Below, one piece after another: positions 37,238-47,820 of a stretch of DNA of 64,000 nucleotides. Numbering within the stretch: the first letter of the stretch is position 1; each line of letters begins with the position of its first letter. Where the stretch lies: the IMG/VR virus record IMGVR_UViG_3300045995_000722; one strand, given 5' to 3'. Source of the DNA: a virus. The notes beneath the pieces were generated by a model. The model did no database searches and was not told the origin of the DNA. It saw nothing but the letters and a program-made list of their open reading frames with translations. Both the position numbers and the translations under genes were made by a program.

Positions 37238-37573
37238 ATGTATGAAATTTTAACAGCTATTTTTATTGTGTTTATAACTCAAATACTTCATCATATTTTA
37301 TTCCCAACAAAGAGATCAAAAGAAGATGTAGATTGGGAAGTAAAAAAAATGTTAGAATTAGTTCCACTTAAAAATGTCCATATAATGTTGTGTGTAATAA
37401 TGTGCATGATGATGATAGTTGGACTTGCCGAAACTACTATTATAGCATTTATATTACAATCAATTGGATTACCAGTTAGTATCTTATTGTGTTTATTATT
37501 CTGTTTTATTTATTTTATAGGAATAAGTATTGTGTTTTTTCAATTGCAATGGAAAGAATATTTTAAGAACTAG
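37238..37573 (+). CDS. membrane protein
   Basis: Three hydrophobic segments. Confidence 0.65.
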   Translation: MYEILTAIFIVFITQILHHILFPTKRSKEDVDWEVKKMLELVPLKNVHIMLCVIMCMMMIVGLAETTIIAFILQSIGLPVSILLCLLFCFIYFIGISIVFFQLQWKEYFKN

Positions 37574-37635
37574 TTTTTTGGTTTTGAGATTGGTTTTGAG
37601 GTATATTATACTAGAGCTATACATGGAGGTGTACT

Positions 37636-38298
37636 TTGAGAACCGCATTGGGTGAAATGGTGGGAATGCGTGGGGTCTTTTCAGGGATTGTTGATCAAGT
37701 CGCAAAAGCCAAAGGGTCAAAAAACAAAACCACTATTTGTCTAGTGAATGTTAAAGACGCAAACGAACAAGAAATAACCGATCATGTTTGGATCAAACCC
37801 GGTAGAAACGTCATTCATAATATCAACCCCAAAAAAGACGATTTTTTTGTGTTTGAAGCTATTGTAATAGAATATCCGAGACTTGGTTATTTTAGTTTCG
37901 GTGAGATCAATTATGAGTTTGGAGATGTAAAGGTTGTAGAATATATACAATCTGCTGAAAGAAGAAATCGAAAACAACAAATAGAAATACAACGACAAAG
38001 AGAAGAAGAAAAAAGAAAGATAAAACAGGCTAAATTGGATGCCGTAAAGCCTGTGGTTCCCAAAATCGAAGCGGTTCCCAAACCGATTATTCCTATAACA
38101 CAAAATGAATGGGAAGAATCTCACAAGGAACATATCTTTGATATAATAGCCAGAGAAAGTGCGAGATTACCTGTGACTTGGGAAGAGCATGAGATTGCAA
38201 GAAGATGGAGAGATAATCAACGCACTCAAGCCAGAAAGAAAAGAAAAAAAGAAAGAGAACGATCAAATATTGGTTTTGAGGTTGGTTCCAAGGTATAG
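37636..38298 (+). CDS. hypothetical protein
   Basis: GGAGGT SD; ends within a repeat copy. Confidence 0.75.
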   Translation: MRTALGEMVGMRGVFSGIVDQVAKAKGSKNKTTICLVNVKDANEQEITDHVWIKPGRNVIHNINPKKDDFFVFEAIVIEYPRLGYFSFGEINYEFGDVKVVEYIQSAERRNRKQQIEIQRQREEEKRKIKQAKLDAVKPVVPKIEAVPKPIIPITQNEWEESHKEHIFDIIARESARLPVTWEEHEIARRWRDNQRTQARKKRKKERERSNIGFEVGSKV

Positions 38299-38433
38299 TA
38301 TAATAGAGAAATAGTTTTCGTCGGGTCGCCTCCAGACGCAGCCAGAGGGGACGAAGTCCTCGACCTCCTTCGTCCCCTCCTCCCATTTTTGGTTTTGAAA
38401 ATCGAAAAGGGGTATAATATAATGGAGAAACCG

Positions 38434-38634
38434 ATGAAAATTTATGATATGTTCGTATTTAGTCGAAAATTTACTGTGCTTGCCAATACAGAATATAAGG
38501 CAAGAGAGTATATTATCGATTATTACAGTAAAAAACAACCATCAATCACAGTAAGAGTAAGAGATATTCAGCTTATCGATTGTCATCCTGTGAAAGCTGG
38601 AGTAGTTAATGATTCTGGTGATTTGACTGATTAA
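38434..38634 (+). CDS. hypothetical protein
   Basis: After repeat/SD. Confidence 0.7.
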   Translation: MKIYDMFVFSRKFTVLANTEYKAREYIIDYYSKKQPSITVRVRDIQLIDCHPVKAGVVNDSGDLTD

Positions 38635-38649
38635 CAAAGGAGAATAAAA

Positions 38650-38934
38650 ATGTTCATATTTTATTTTTTGATGGCTATGGTGTTAGTCCTTATTGGATGC
38701 GTAATATATGGCATCCGTAATGATAAAGTGTGTGCATATCGTATTTCTTTGATTGATAAAATGTATGAAGCCACTAATATAGAATGGAATACATTGGAAT
38801 CAAGTTATCATTCAAAAAGAGACGAAATATTTGAAAGTATCTCTTATGATGCAATGTGGCTTAAATGCTGGAAGCGTTTTGATTCTTTTTACACCAAGGA
38901 AGAAATGGACTTCATGATAACCCCCCCAAAATAA
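38650..38934 (+). CDS. membrane-anchored hypothetical protein
   Basis: AAGGAG SD. Confidence 0.7.
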   Translation: MFIFYFLMAMVLVLIGCVIYGIRNDKVCAYRISLIDKMYEATNIEWNTLESSYHSKRDEIFESISYDAMWLKCWKRFDSFYTKEEMDFMITPPK

Positions 38935-39006
38935 AATTGTCCCCTAATACCTTTAGTTTTGGTTTTCAATTCCATTGTCGGGTATAGTATAATGGAGGAA
39001 ATCGAA

Positions 39007-39237
39007 ATGTCTAAATTTATGATGTATAGTGAATGTTCCAAGTGTAAGAAAAAGTTTCCCACATTTTATCATTATGGGACTTGGTATTCTCTTGTTGATA
39101 TATGTCCAAAATGTGGTGACATAAAACAAAATTTCAGGATGGTATCTGCTAAGAAACTTACTCATTGGTATTCCCCTTGGACTTGGTTCAAAAAAGAAAA
39201 ATGGGAAGTTACTGGTAAATACTATTATAAGTATTAG
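39007..39237 (+). CDS. Zn-ribbon protein
   Basis: CSKC...CPKC; flanked by repeats. Confidence 0.75.
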   Translation: MSKFMMYSECSKCKKKFPTFYHYGTWYSLVDICPKCGDIKQNFRMVSAKKLTHWYSPWTWFKKEKWEVTGKYYYKY

Positions 39238-39285
39238 TTTTGGTTTTCAATCCTCTTATCGGGTATAGTATAGTAGGGTACGATA

Positions 39286-39483
39286 ATGCAAATCAACAAT
39301 CTCAAAATCAAAGAATACAAACATCCTTTTTTGGACACAGTATTTCAAGTAATTTCTCCTGATGGTAGAACCCTTGAACAATTCTTTTGGAAAATCGATG
39401 CCGAACGTTGGGCACGTAGTACTCGTGATTTTGTCTCTGAAAGAACCAGGAAAAGATTGGAAAAAGAAGATGCTGCAAGTTGA
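39286..39483 (+). CDS. hypothetical protein
   Basis: After repeat. Confidence 0.7.
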   Translation: MQINNLKIKEYKHPFLDTVFQVISPDGRTLEQFFWKIDAERWARSTRDFVSERTRKRLEKEDAAS

Positions 39484-39682
39484 TATGATAACAAGTTCTA
39501 TGTATGAGCGAGATAAGAAGTATGGTCAAACAGAACAAGAGTTTTTCTGTAAGAAACTCACTGACCATCTTAATTATCTTGAGCAGCAAGGATGTTCAAT
39601 AATTAGTGTTGGGTTTAGTGATAAAACCTATACTAACAGTAGTTTTGCGGGTCTGATAACCTATAGAGAATCAGAAGATTAG
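39470..39682 (+). CDS. hypothetical protein
   Basis: Stop abuts repeat. Confidence 0.6.
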   Translation: MLQVDMITSSMYERDKKYGQTEQEFFCKKLTDHLNYLEQQGCSIISVGFSDKTYTNSSFAGLITYRESED

Positions 39683-39732
39683 TTTTGGTTTTCAATTCCT
39701 CTATTGGGTATAGTATAGTGGAGGAAATCGAA

Positions 39733-40053
39733 ATGAGTTGGAACCCAAGATACGTTATATATGCCTATGCTCATGATAAAAGAACTCCCGAAGAAATGGG
39801 AGACTTTGATCGTGAAAGATATCCCGGTGGATGTATGACCGGATTCATTTTGTGGATGGATGAACAGTGGGCAGAATTCCGCAAGTTTTTCGGATGTAAA
39901 AGAGAATTTCAAACTGGTTTTCAAAATGAGTTTGATGCATGGTTAATCGAGCATCAATACCCCGAATATCCACAAACTGATTATCATAGGGGTTTTATGG
40001 ATTGGTTGAGAGGAAATCCCTCTTTCGATTTTACAGGGAAACTAAAACAATGA
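39733..40053 (+). CDS. hypothetical protein
   Basis: After repeat/SD. Confidence 0.75.
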   Translation: MSWNPRYVIYAYAHDKRTPEEMGDFDRERYPGGCMTGFILWMDEQWAEFRKFFGCKREFQTGFQNEFDAWLIEHQYPEYPQTDYHRGFMDWLRGNPSFDFTGKLKQ

Positions 40054-40220
40054 ATGAAACTAAAACAAAAACAATATCAGTATCAGACCTAATGAAAGAA
40101 GTTAGATCGATGGTGGATGATCTTGAAGGTTATCTCTCAGAACATGATAGAGAAGGAGCAAAATCTGAGTGCATAGCCTTAATATATAAGCTTGATTGGA
40201 TCAAAAGCAAGGTAAGTTGA
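40050..40220 (+). CDS. hypothetical protein
   Basis: ATGA overlap. Confidence 0.6.
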   Translation: MNETKTKTISVSDLMKEVRSMVDDLEGYLSEHDREGAKSECIALIYKLDWIKSKVS

Positions 40221-40336
40221 TATGGAAATAAATATTAATATTCCTTGTCTTGTTGTTTCTTTGTTGTTTCTTCCTTGTTCAGTTCTTACAATAAATAAAG
40301 CTGAACAATTAATAAAGAAGTGGATGGGAAAATAAA

Positions 40337-40534
40337 ATGTTAAATCGTGATGATATTGATTGTGATGTATTAGATGATATCGAAAGCAACCTAGAAGGAA
40401 CAGGAAAAGAAGTCGAAAATCTCACAGTTGAACAGGCTTTCGAGGCGTTCCTTACTTGGAATGGCATTATAGGATATTGTCATACAATAATCGATGCTCT
40501 TGATTCTCTGAGGAATGCAGAAATCAAGTCTTAG
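40337..40534 (+). CDS. hypothetical protein
   Basis: Stop abuts repeat; EAFL.WNGIIGY resembles 56123..56449 region. Confidence 0.7.
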   Translation: MLNRDDIDCDVLDDIESNLEGTGKEVENLTVEQAFEAFLTWNGIIGYCHTIIDALDSLRNAEIKS

Positions 40535-40585
40535 TTTTGGTTTTCGATTTACCTTTCGGGTATAGTATAATAGAGGATAAAGAAA

Positions 40586-40738
40586 ATGAATGGAATTTAC
40601 ATTGCTAAATCTATTGTTGGGGCTGCTGGTTTGCTTGCTTGTGCTGTAGTTGCATTCTCCCCAATTTCAAATGATATGAAAATCTCCGCTATTCTTATAG
40701 TGGCTGGTTGCACAAGTGTTTGTGTACTTTTCTTGTAG
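40586..40738 (+). CDS. small membrane protein (50 aa)
   Basis: Manually translated; after repeat/SD. Confidence 0.6.
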   Translation: MNGIYIAKSIVGAAGLLACAVVAFSPISNDMKISAILIVAGCTSVCVLFL

Positions 40739-40749
40739 GAGAAAATATC

Positions 40750-40959
40750 ATGTCTATTTGGGGTGGATTTAATGACGAATATAGTGGAGAAGATAAAGGG
40801 GATGTAGTGAATATCCCGCTTCCTCATGCCGATCCCCATAATCTTGATTCTTGTCCAGAATGTGCAAGACAACGAATGAAGAAAGCAAAGAAACATGGGG
40901 AAACTGCCGATATGCACGATGCCGTGACCCTCAAAAATCATTATGGGGGCTATTGGTAA
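40750..40959 (+). CDS. hypothetical protein
   Basis: GGAG SD. Confidence 0.6.
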   Translation: MSIWGGFNDEYSGEDKGDVVNIPLPHADPHNLDSCPECARQRMKKAKKHGETADMHDAVTLKNHYGGYW

Positions 40960-40983
40960 ATCCAAAGAAAGACAAATTGAAAA

Positions 40984-41145
40984 ATGATAATTGTTGAAGA
41001 CATGAGTGATGGGCAAGAAATAGTAACAGAGGATGAAATTAACATTCTCTTGCGAGCGGGTTGTGTGGAAGAACGCTATCCCGATATCTATGTTTATGAT
41101 GGGTTAATAGATGATAACTTTTTTGATTTGATCGGAAGAGATTAG
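40984..41145 (+). CDS. acidic hypothetical protein (53 aa)
   Basis: Manually translated; TAG is the repeat's TAG. Confidence 0.55.
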   Translation: MIIVEDMSDGQEIVTEDEINILLRAGCVEERYPDIYVYDGLIDDNFFDLIGRD

Positions 41146-41195
41146 TTTTGGTTTTCAATTCTTCAATCGGGTATAGTATAATGGAGGAAATTGAA

Positions 41196-41582
41196 ATGGA
41201 ATATAAAGCCACTGCAAAAGATAGACGAACGGTAGAATCCTTGCTTGAACATGTTGCCGATAGAGTTGTATGTCATCGTGATGGTACAATCAGTGCCAAG
41301 CGTGGATTCTTTTACAAACACGGGCAAACCTCTGAAGGATTCGCCAACAAAGTGATTAAGACTATAACTGGTATTTCATTGGTTGAGCATTTTGAGGATT
41401 GGAATGCTTGGCCGAAGGATAGCTGGTTTGTGGTCAAGTTCAAGATTGATCGCCCTATAACCATTGAAGACGAAAATAATGAGTGGAGTGATTGCCCTGC
41501 TTGTGGGGTCAATAAAACGCAAACTATTCTTTGCCCAACTTGTACAGATAGACGGATAAAGGATGTGCTGGGAGAACCTTAG
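41196..41582 (+). CDS. hypothetical protein with C-terminal Zn finger
   Basis: Flanked by repeats. Confidence 0.75.
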   Translation: MEYKATAKDRRTVESLLEHVADRVVCHRDGTISAKRGFFYKHGQTSEGFANKVIKTITGISLVEHFEDWNAWPKDSWFVVKFKIDRPITIEDENNEWSDCPACGVNKTQTILCPTCTDRRIKDVLGEP

Positions 41583-41632
41583 TTTTGGTTTTCAATTCCT
41601 CATTAGGGTATAGTATAATGGAGGAAACACCC

Positions 41633-41953
41633 ATGTCTGAATATTGCTGGAAACTAACTGCATCAGAATTGGAAAAGTTGGGGGAACAGGGTCTTATTTA
41701 TTTTCACCAAATTGATAAGATTCTTGAAACTTCACGCAAGCGAAAACCAGATACTTTCGCCAAAGAAGTTGTTAGATTCTACTTGAATAAAGCCCAAACT
41801 ATTTGGGTTCAATCCATCAATTATTATGGTGGGGAGAACTTCAAAGAACCCTATCACTTCTTAGCAGAAATCAAACACACAACAACTAATAGTGCATTTT
41901 CTAGTTTTTTCAACAAATACAGTCTTCCCAAAAGGATTGCATTTACTTACTAG
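41633..41953 (+). CDS. hypothetical protein
   Basis: Flanked by repeats. Confidence 0.75.
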   Translation: MSEYCWKLTASELEKLGEQGLIYFHQIDKILETSRKRKPDTFAKEVVRFYLNKAQTIWVQSINYYGGENFKEPYHFLAEIKHTTTNSAFSSFFNKYSLPKRIAFTY

Positions 41954-42003
41954 TTTTGGTTTTCAATTCTTCAATCGGGTATAGTATAGTGGAGGAAATA
42001 GAA

Positions 42004-42198
42004 ATGAGTGCCATCAAGATAGAACTGAACAAAAGAGAAAACTTGGAAGCATTGCTTGAAACCATCGAAACAGCTATTCATTATGCTGTATCTGTCGATG
42101 CGGATTGGGAAGTATATGCTGAAAAACTGAGAGCAATGAGATTTGAAACATTGCGAAGACTTGAGGATTTGCCAGCAACAATAAAGCGGGAAGAATAA
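42004..42198 (+). CDS. hypothetical protein
   Basis: After repeat/SD. Confidence 0.75.
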   Translation: MSAIKIELNKRENLEALLETIETAIHYAVSVDADWEVYAEKLRAMRFETLRRLEDLPATIKREE

Positions 42199-42207
42199 GG
42201 AACCATA

Positions 42208-42387
42208 ATGCCATTTATTGAAGTGAAAGTCCGAATAAGATACAAGGAACAAAAGGCTGTGTCTTTGAAAGACAAGAAAATAATCCTAGAAGCCATTCAG
42301 AGTGATTGTGAGCGTACTTTTCTGGAAGGTGATCTTAACTATCCTCTTGAGATAGAAGTCACAAAGATAGATGTGGACCCGAATTGA
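42208..42387 (+). CDS. hypothetical protein (59 aa)
   Basis: Manually translated; AAGGA SD, stop abuts repeat. Confidence 0.65.
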   Translation: MPFIEVKVRIRYKEQKAVSLKDKKIILEAIQSDCERTFLEGDLNYPLEIEVTKIDVDPN

Positions 42388-42449
42388 TTTTTGGTTTTCA
42401 ATTCTCATTTCGGGTATAGTATAATGGAAGTAATCTATAGGAGGGTAAG

Positions 42450-42602
42450 ATGCAAATTGAATTGATTGATACCAAAACAGGCAGAGTTTATGGTGAATTG
42501 GACGTTCGCACTCGTGAGCTTTTTCGCCAGAAGAATCGGGACGTAAAGGCCGCAACGAACGAGCGTTTCAAGTATCGCCAGAAGCCCGAAGACAGAAATT
42601 AG
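42450..42602 (+). CDS. 50-aa protein, paralog of 36849..37007
   Basis: Manually translated MQIELIDTKTGRVYGELDV...; GGAGG SD. Confidence 0.75.
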   Translation: MQIELIDTKTGRVYGELDVRTRELFRQKNRDVKAATNERFKYRQKPEDRN

Positions 42603-42766
42603 GGCAAGGGGAAAGAGACCTCTATGGACAGATGGATGGGGGGGGTCTCTTTCCTTTTTGTGTTTTAGGGGTGGTTCGCACAATTATTTTTATTCAGTTT
42701 TGGTTTTGAGATTTATTTTCTGGTATAGTATAATAGGAAATAATCCCATTGTGGAGGAATAAAAGA

Positions 42767-43654
42767 TTGAAGAATTTCAGAATTGAGAATGCAGGGGAAA
42801 CATTCACTATTAATGCTTATGATGATTGGAATATTGCCCATATTTTGATTGGTCGTCATACTGGGGCACCACGCAAAACCATAGATGATATGATGGTTTT
42901 TGCTTTCGATCATCCCAATGTGGCTTTTTCTATCAATTGTCACAGTAAAACTTCCAAAATCACTGTTGTTGATGATTCTTTTCCTGTTCGTTTTCCCGAA
43001 ATTGGCAGTATTGTAAGACACAATAATGCTATGGGGAAGGTATCAAGTAGGCATTATGGAGGATGTTTCCTAGAAACCCTGGGAAATAGCAATCTTCTAT
43101 ATTGTCCAGATCATGAAGTGAAAATTCTTGCAAGTGCCTATTCTCCTTTGGCTATTACTTTTGGAAAGCTTCAGTATGCAATTTTTAACACAATCACTGA
43201 GTCACCTGAATCTTTGATAGAGAATCATCTTGTTATCAATAAGAATCAGCTTTCCACTCATTGCACATACAATGCTGTCATGGCTCAGTATAAATGGAAA
43301 GAAAAAGAAATCTCTCATTTTGTTTGCTTTGTTTTGAGTCAAAAGGGACATACTCTTTACGAAATGAATAAGAATGGTGATAATTTTACCCTACAGAAGA
43401 AGCCATTTTTTGGAATGGGCGACCTTGTAATGTGGGGTGGGAATTTCGGGGAAATCTATGATGGGAATTCATGGACTGAAGAAGCAACAATAAGTTTGCC
43501 CTTTGGTTGGAATATTGGTAAGGACAGGGAAAAAGTGAATGTTTCCATTTATAACCTGACAAAGATTTGCACTTGGAGAAGCACCCAAGTTAAGGAAGCT
43601 TACAACCAACTGAAGAGAGATTATGACAATATCTTTCCCACGAAAAGGTTCTAG
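42767..43654 (+). CDS. hypothetical protein
   Basis: TTG start after GGAGG; stop abuts repeat. Confidence 0.75.
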   Translation: MKNFRIENAGETFTINAYDDWNIAHILIGRHTGAPRKTIDDMMVFAFDHPNVAFSINCHSKTSKITVVDDSFPVRFPEIGSIVRHNNAMGKVSSRHYGGCFLETLGNSNLLYCPDHEVKILASAYSPLAITFGKLQYAIFNTITESPESLIENHLVINKNQLSTHCTYNAVMAQYKWKEKEISHFVCFVLSQKGHTLYEMNKNGDNFTLQKKPFFGMGDLVMWGGNFGEIYDGNSWTEEATISLPFGWNIGKDREKVNVSIYNLTKICTWRSTQVKEAYNQLKRDYDNIFPTKRF

Positions 43655-43725
43655 TTTTGGTTTTCAATCATACCTTCGGGTATAGTATAATGTAAGTCAA
43701 TAAATCCAGAAGGAGACAGACAAGA

Positions 43726-44181
43726 ATGAAGACTGTGCTGAATATCACATTGGAGAAGGTTCCTTGCTGTGGAACACCGCGTACCCTGAATCTTGGGGAG
43801 AAAATGATTGAGACAATCAAGGAAATACGGGTCGCTACGGGTTGTGGACTAAAGGAAGCAAAGGACTTCTTTGATATGGTTCGTAATAACGCAGGGAATG
43901 GCGTGAAGTATTCCATGAATGGAAGGGACGGAAGTGCTTCCCTGAAGATAAGCAAAACCGAACTCCGTTTCGGAAATGGTTCTCTCGTCAAGAACATCAG
44001 CAATGGTTGTTATGCCCTTGTCAAACTGGAAACTCAGAGTGAGTTTAGAGTGCAGTATTTGGGGAAAACACAAGAAACCATCGGGTACTTCAATGACTTC
44101 ACCCTTGTTGCAGAGGTTGACACTGACACTGTAGACACATATCTGAGCTTGCAGAGAAAACTGACTCCTTCTCGCTGGTAG
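43726..44181 (+). CDS. protein with ribosomal bL12 (L7/L12) C-terminal-like motif
   Basis: MIETIKEIRVATGCGLKEAKDFFD matches KI..IK.VR..TGLGLKEAK..V. Confidence 0.6.
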   Translation: MKTVLNITLEKVPCCGTPRTLNLGEKMIETIKEIRVATGCGLKEAKDFFDMVRNNAGNGVKYSMNGRDGSASLKISKTELRFGNGSLVKNISNGCYALVKLETQSEFRVQYLGKTQETIGYFNDFTLVAEVDTDTVDTYLSLQRKLTPSRW

Positions 44182-44347
44182 TCCGAAGATTCGAGTATAA
44201 AGAAAAGGCAGGGGCGAAAAATCCCCTGTTTTTTCTTTGCCACAAATCTCTAGTTCGCACATTTCTATTTATTCAGTTTTTTGGTTTTGATTTTCGATTC
44301 CAGGTATAGTATAATAGAATTACTTCTATAGACGGAAAGGGATAAAA

Positions 44348-44884
44348 ATGAGGATTTTTCTGGTTGTTCTAGTTTTGCTTTTGATGGTATCTCCCGTAGT
44401 TGCACAGCAAACCCAAGCAACGGATGATGAGACTATCACAGTCAAGAAGTCATCGCTTTCTCCTGGTGAGTTGAGTAAGCTGGAGACACAGGAGAAAATC
44501 GAAAGCTATGGTAAGTGGGTTGGAATGGGGAATGAAGTCGGCAAAGCAGTTAATTCTTCATTAGGTGCCCTTACAACCAATGCAGATAAATTCGCCAAAA
44601 CCGGTGTAGGCAAGTTCACTATGTTCATGGTTGCCTGGAAGGTTTTGGGGGCCGATCTTATTCAATTGCTTATTGGACTATTGCTTTTTGTCGTTGGATT
44701 GCCAATATTGCTGTGGATATACAAAACGTCGGTGTGTGGGCATAGTGTTCTCGATAAGATTCTTGCTGATGGAACCAAAGTATATAAGTATTGGGAACCT
44801 GACCGAGATTCTTACAGGCTAATTGGTTTCAGTGTAGCCACATTTATATGGGGTCTAGCAACTCTGATAACCATATTTGCGTAA
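44348..44884 (+). CDS. secreted/membrane protein
   Basis: Signal peptide plus TM segments. Confidence 0.8.
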   Translation: MRIFLVVLVLLLMVSPVVAQQTQATDDETITVKKSSLSPGELSKLETQEKIESYGKWVGMGNEVGKAVNSSLGALTTNADKFAKTGVGKFTMFMVAWKVLGADLIQLLIGLLLFVVGLPILLWIYKTSVCGHSVLDKILADGTKVYKYWEPDRDSYRLIGFSVATFIWGLATLITIFA

Positions 44885-44978
44885 AGACAAACCAAAAACC
44901 CCTTGAGATTTCCACCTTAAGGGGTTTTTGGTTTTGATTCTTGATTCCGGGTATAGTATAGTGGAGGCGAGAAAAACC

Positions 44979-45497
44979 ATGAAAACACCTGTAGAAGAAA
45001 AAACCATTGTAGTGAATGATAGGGAATTTGGGGTTAGCATATCTGTGCAGCAACACCCCAACTACTCAGATTATAATGGTTTTAATCGTCCCGATATTCT
45101 GTATAAGCAGGCATTGAAAGAATATCGAAAATTCGACAAAATGAGAATATATATCTCCGGTGGGATATATGATGATTTTGTTACAGTTGCCCATCCTCAA
45201 GCAACCGATTTTCCACACTTGAATTTGGAACATATCTATACTAAGCGTGGAGACTTCCCTGAAGTTGACAAAGCATGGGACAAATACAATCGCTCGATTG
45301 TCAAGGCTGAAAGAATATTTGTTGACACTGTTCGTGAACAACTGCTTAAAGACACAATGGGAAAAGCAAAGTGGAGCAAAAAAGCAGGATGTTTTTGTGG
45401 ATGCTCACCAGGTTGGATTGTTGATGGTGAAGAACTGCGGAGACATTCAATCCAGGTTTTCATACCGAAACAACTCAAATTGAAACTGGAAGACTAA
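44979..45497 (+). CDS. hypothetical protein
   Basis: WSKKAGC.CGCSPGW motif; after repeat/SD. Confidence 0.8.
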   Translation: MKTPVEEKTIVVNDREFGVSISVQQHPNYSDYNGFNRPDILYKQALKEYRKFDKMRIYISGGIYDDFVTVAHPQATDFPHLNLEHIYTKRGDFPEVDKAWDKYNRSIVKAERIFVDTVREQLLKDTMGKAKWSKKAGCFCGCSPGWIVDGEELRRHSIQVFIPKQLKLKLED

Positions 45498-45656
45498 GAT
45501 GTTACACGGGGGTTAAGAGTGGGTTGAGGTAATAGAAACTCCACTAAACACCCCCGTTTCATATTGTACTATTGTGCGAACTACCCCAATTTCCCTAATA
45601 TTCAATTTTTTGGTTTTGATTCTTGATTCCGGGTATAGTATAGTGGAGGAAATCCC

Positions 45657-46376
45657 ATGAAAATCAACTCTATGGAACAACTGAAAACCCTTCCGGTGGG
45701 CAAGACATTCATTGGCACAATCACAATGAATGGAAGAGAACAAAGGGCAAGAATTGGTATTGAAAATGATTCCTTTTTTATCTATGCAAGAAAAAAAAGG
45801 TATAATGGATATCGTTATTCTTCTTTCAATCAAGTAACCAGCTTTACAATTCCAGATGTAACTGAAGAAGAAACCTGGAAGAAAAGCTGGAAGAAAGTAT
45901 TGAAAATGCTTGAAGAAAGCGGATTGTGGGAAAATATGAAGTCCGATGTTGAGATGGCTTTATCTATTGGCTATGAGAAAATCAAAAAAGCCTATAATGC
46001 AACACATGAATATGATCGTGATCATGAAAAAGAAATAGAAGTGATCAGGGCTATTGATGAAAGACTTATCGAAAAATCTCCTGAAGGCAAGGAATATTAT
46101 GATACCAGTATTATCTGGTACATGCATATTCCCGCCAAAGTCAAAACAATGTATTTTGGTAAATACTATAATAAACATCATCTTGCTAGTATAGCTTTAG
46201 CTATGAAAGAAAATCGAAAATTCACGGCTTCAGAAGAAGTTAATTATGACGTGAGTTTCGAGTATAATCCTGAAGCAAACAAGGCTTGGTATTCAGAGGA
46301 ATTTAGAGGATGCGGCAGTGGGCATTATTATCTTGCTCTAAATTCCACACATGCCCTATTCTATGAAGATGATTAG
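45657..46376 (+). CDS. conserved phage hypothetical protein
   Basis: AWYSEEFRGCGSGHYYLAL; flanked by repeats. Confidence 0.8.
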   Translation: MKINSMEQLKTLPVGKTFIGTITMNGREQRARIGIENDSFFIYARKKRYNGYRYSSFNQVTSFTIPDVTEEETWKKSWKKVLKMLEESGLWENMKSDVEMALSIGYEKIKKAYNATHEYDRDHEKEIEVIRAIDERLIEKSPEGKEYYDTSIIWYMHIPAKVKTMYFGKYYNKHHLASIALAMKENRKFTASEEVNYDVSFEYNPEANKAWYSEEFRGCGSGHYYLALNSTHALFYEDD

Positions 46377-46426
46377 TTTTGGTTTTCAATTCTCGAATCA
46401 GGTATAGTATAGTGGAGGAACCTGAA

Positions 46427-46819
46427 ATGCCTTATGGAGTCGGGGATAAAATGACACTTGAAAAAGCCCTGAAAATATCCGACGATCTCTCCCCTAAGTG
46501 TTTGAGAGGAGAAAGATTAACAGATGAGGAATGGGCTGTTAGATGTCTCGCGGGTTTCTACCGAAGAGAACGAACTATCACAATGCTTCTTAGAAGCAAA
46601 TTGCGATGTAATGACCGGGTTAGACTCACGCAAGAAGGGTTGAGAACTGTTGCGTCTGGTCCGGTAAAACTAGTAATGACCAATATGGCTAATGTTACCG
46701 GAACTCTCTCTCAAATGGATGATGACGGCTATCAAGTTTTGTGGGATAATGGAATGTCCACTATTCACAAAAACCACAAAGACCTTCGGAAAATGAGAAC
46801 CAAGAAAAGAAGGCAATAA
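46427..46819 (+). CDS. hypothetical protein
   Basis: After repeat/SD. Confidence 0.75.
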   Translation: MPYGVGDKMTLEKALKISDDLSPKCLRGERLTDEEWAVRCLAGFYRRERTITMLLRSKLRCNDRVRLTQEGLRTVASGPVKLVMTNMANVTGTLSQMDDDGYQVLWDNGMSTIHKNHKDLRKMRTKKRRQ

Positions 46820-46822
46820 AAA

Positions 46823-47017
46823 ATGACAAACAAACAAGCATCAATTTTGTATTGGGTACTTACGATTGTTTGGGCATTAATAGCTATAATACAAGTAGGA
46901 AAATGGTTTTTCCTTCACCCTAATGGTAGTAATCATCTTCTTTGGGCAGGGATTGCTCTTTGTGGGGCTTTTATTTGCCGCTATCGGGCATTGTATCATG
47001 AGGGCAAGTATCTTTGA
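46823..47017 (+). CDS. small membrane protein
   Basis: Hydrophobic; stop abuts repeat. Confidence 0.65.
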   Translation: MTNKQASILYWVLTIVWALIAIIQVGKWFFLHPNGSNHLLWAGIALCGAFICRYRALYHEGKYL

Positions 47018-47067
47018 TTTTTGGTTTTCAATTCCTCATTAGGGTATAATATAGTGGAGGAAGTTCA

Positions 47068-47592
47068 ATGGAAACAAAATGCTTGTGCTGTGATAAACCA
47101 CTGAATGCCGATGGCAATCACCCAGCAGAAACATATGCTGGAACATACAATGGATTATGTTATTCTTGCACCCTCAAAGGAAAGTTCATACAAAGAACTT
47201 ATGAGGATGGGGCAAGAATCATCAATTTTCCTCCTCATTGTCCCTCTTGGCGACGTGATCGTGAAACCTACATTGGATATGAAGGTTGTGAGAAATGTAA
47301 GGGACTTGGAAGAATTATGATTTTCCGCCCTGACAGTCGTGGTGGAGATTATCCGCAACAGTGTAAATTGTGTAGTGACCAGTACTACAATAATCCCATT
47401 AGATCAGAACTGCGATATAGTTTTGATAAAGAGTGGAAAGAATTTGAAGAAGCCTGGAGAAATACACCCTATACACAAGAGAATGTTGATAATTGGATGG
47501 TTGCTCAGGATGCAATCCAAAGGAAACATGCCGAAGAAAATAAGAAAGTAGAGATCAAGTTGGGGGCAAAGGAAGTCCGTATCCCTCTTTGA
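47068..47592 (+). CDS. Cys-rich hypothetical protein
   Basis: Flanked by repeats. Confidence 0.8.
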   Translation: METKCLCCDKPLNADGNHPAETYAGTYNGLCYSCTLKGKFIQRTYEDGARIINFPPHCPSWRRDRETYIGYEGCEKCKGLGRIMIFRPDSRGGDYPQQCKLCSDQYYNNPIRSELRYSFDKEWKEFEEAWRNTPYTQENVDNWMVAQDAIQRKHAEENKKVEIKLGAKEVRIPL

Positions 47593-47643
47593 TTTTTGGT
47601 TTTCATTTCCTTGTTAGGGTATAGTATAGTGGAGGGCAATCGA

Positions 47644-47820
47644 ATGACACAGGAACATTATCTTGTAACCATGCTGTTTCGTGAAGATACTGCCAAGACC
47701 GTCGCTCTTGGTTATAGTTCTTCCCCTGCTAAAATGTCAGATGAAGTCTATAGGGCATTGACTCCTAACCAGAAGACTTTATTGATTTCCATGACTACAG
47801 AAGTTGTGAAGACGATATAA
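47644..47820 (+). CDS. hypothetical protein
   Basis: After repeat/SD. Confidence 0.65.
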   Translation: MTQEHYLVTMLFREDTAKTVALGYSSSPAKMSDEVYRALTPNQKTLLISMTTEVVKTI

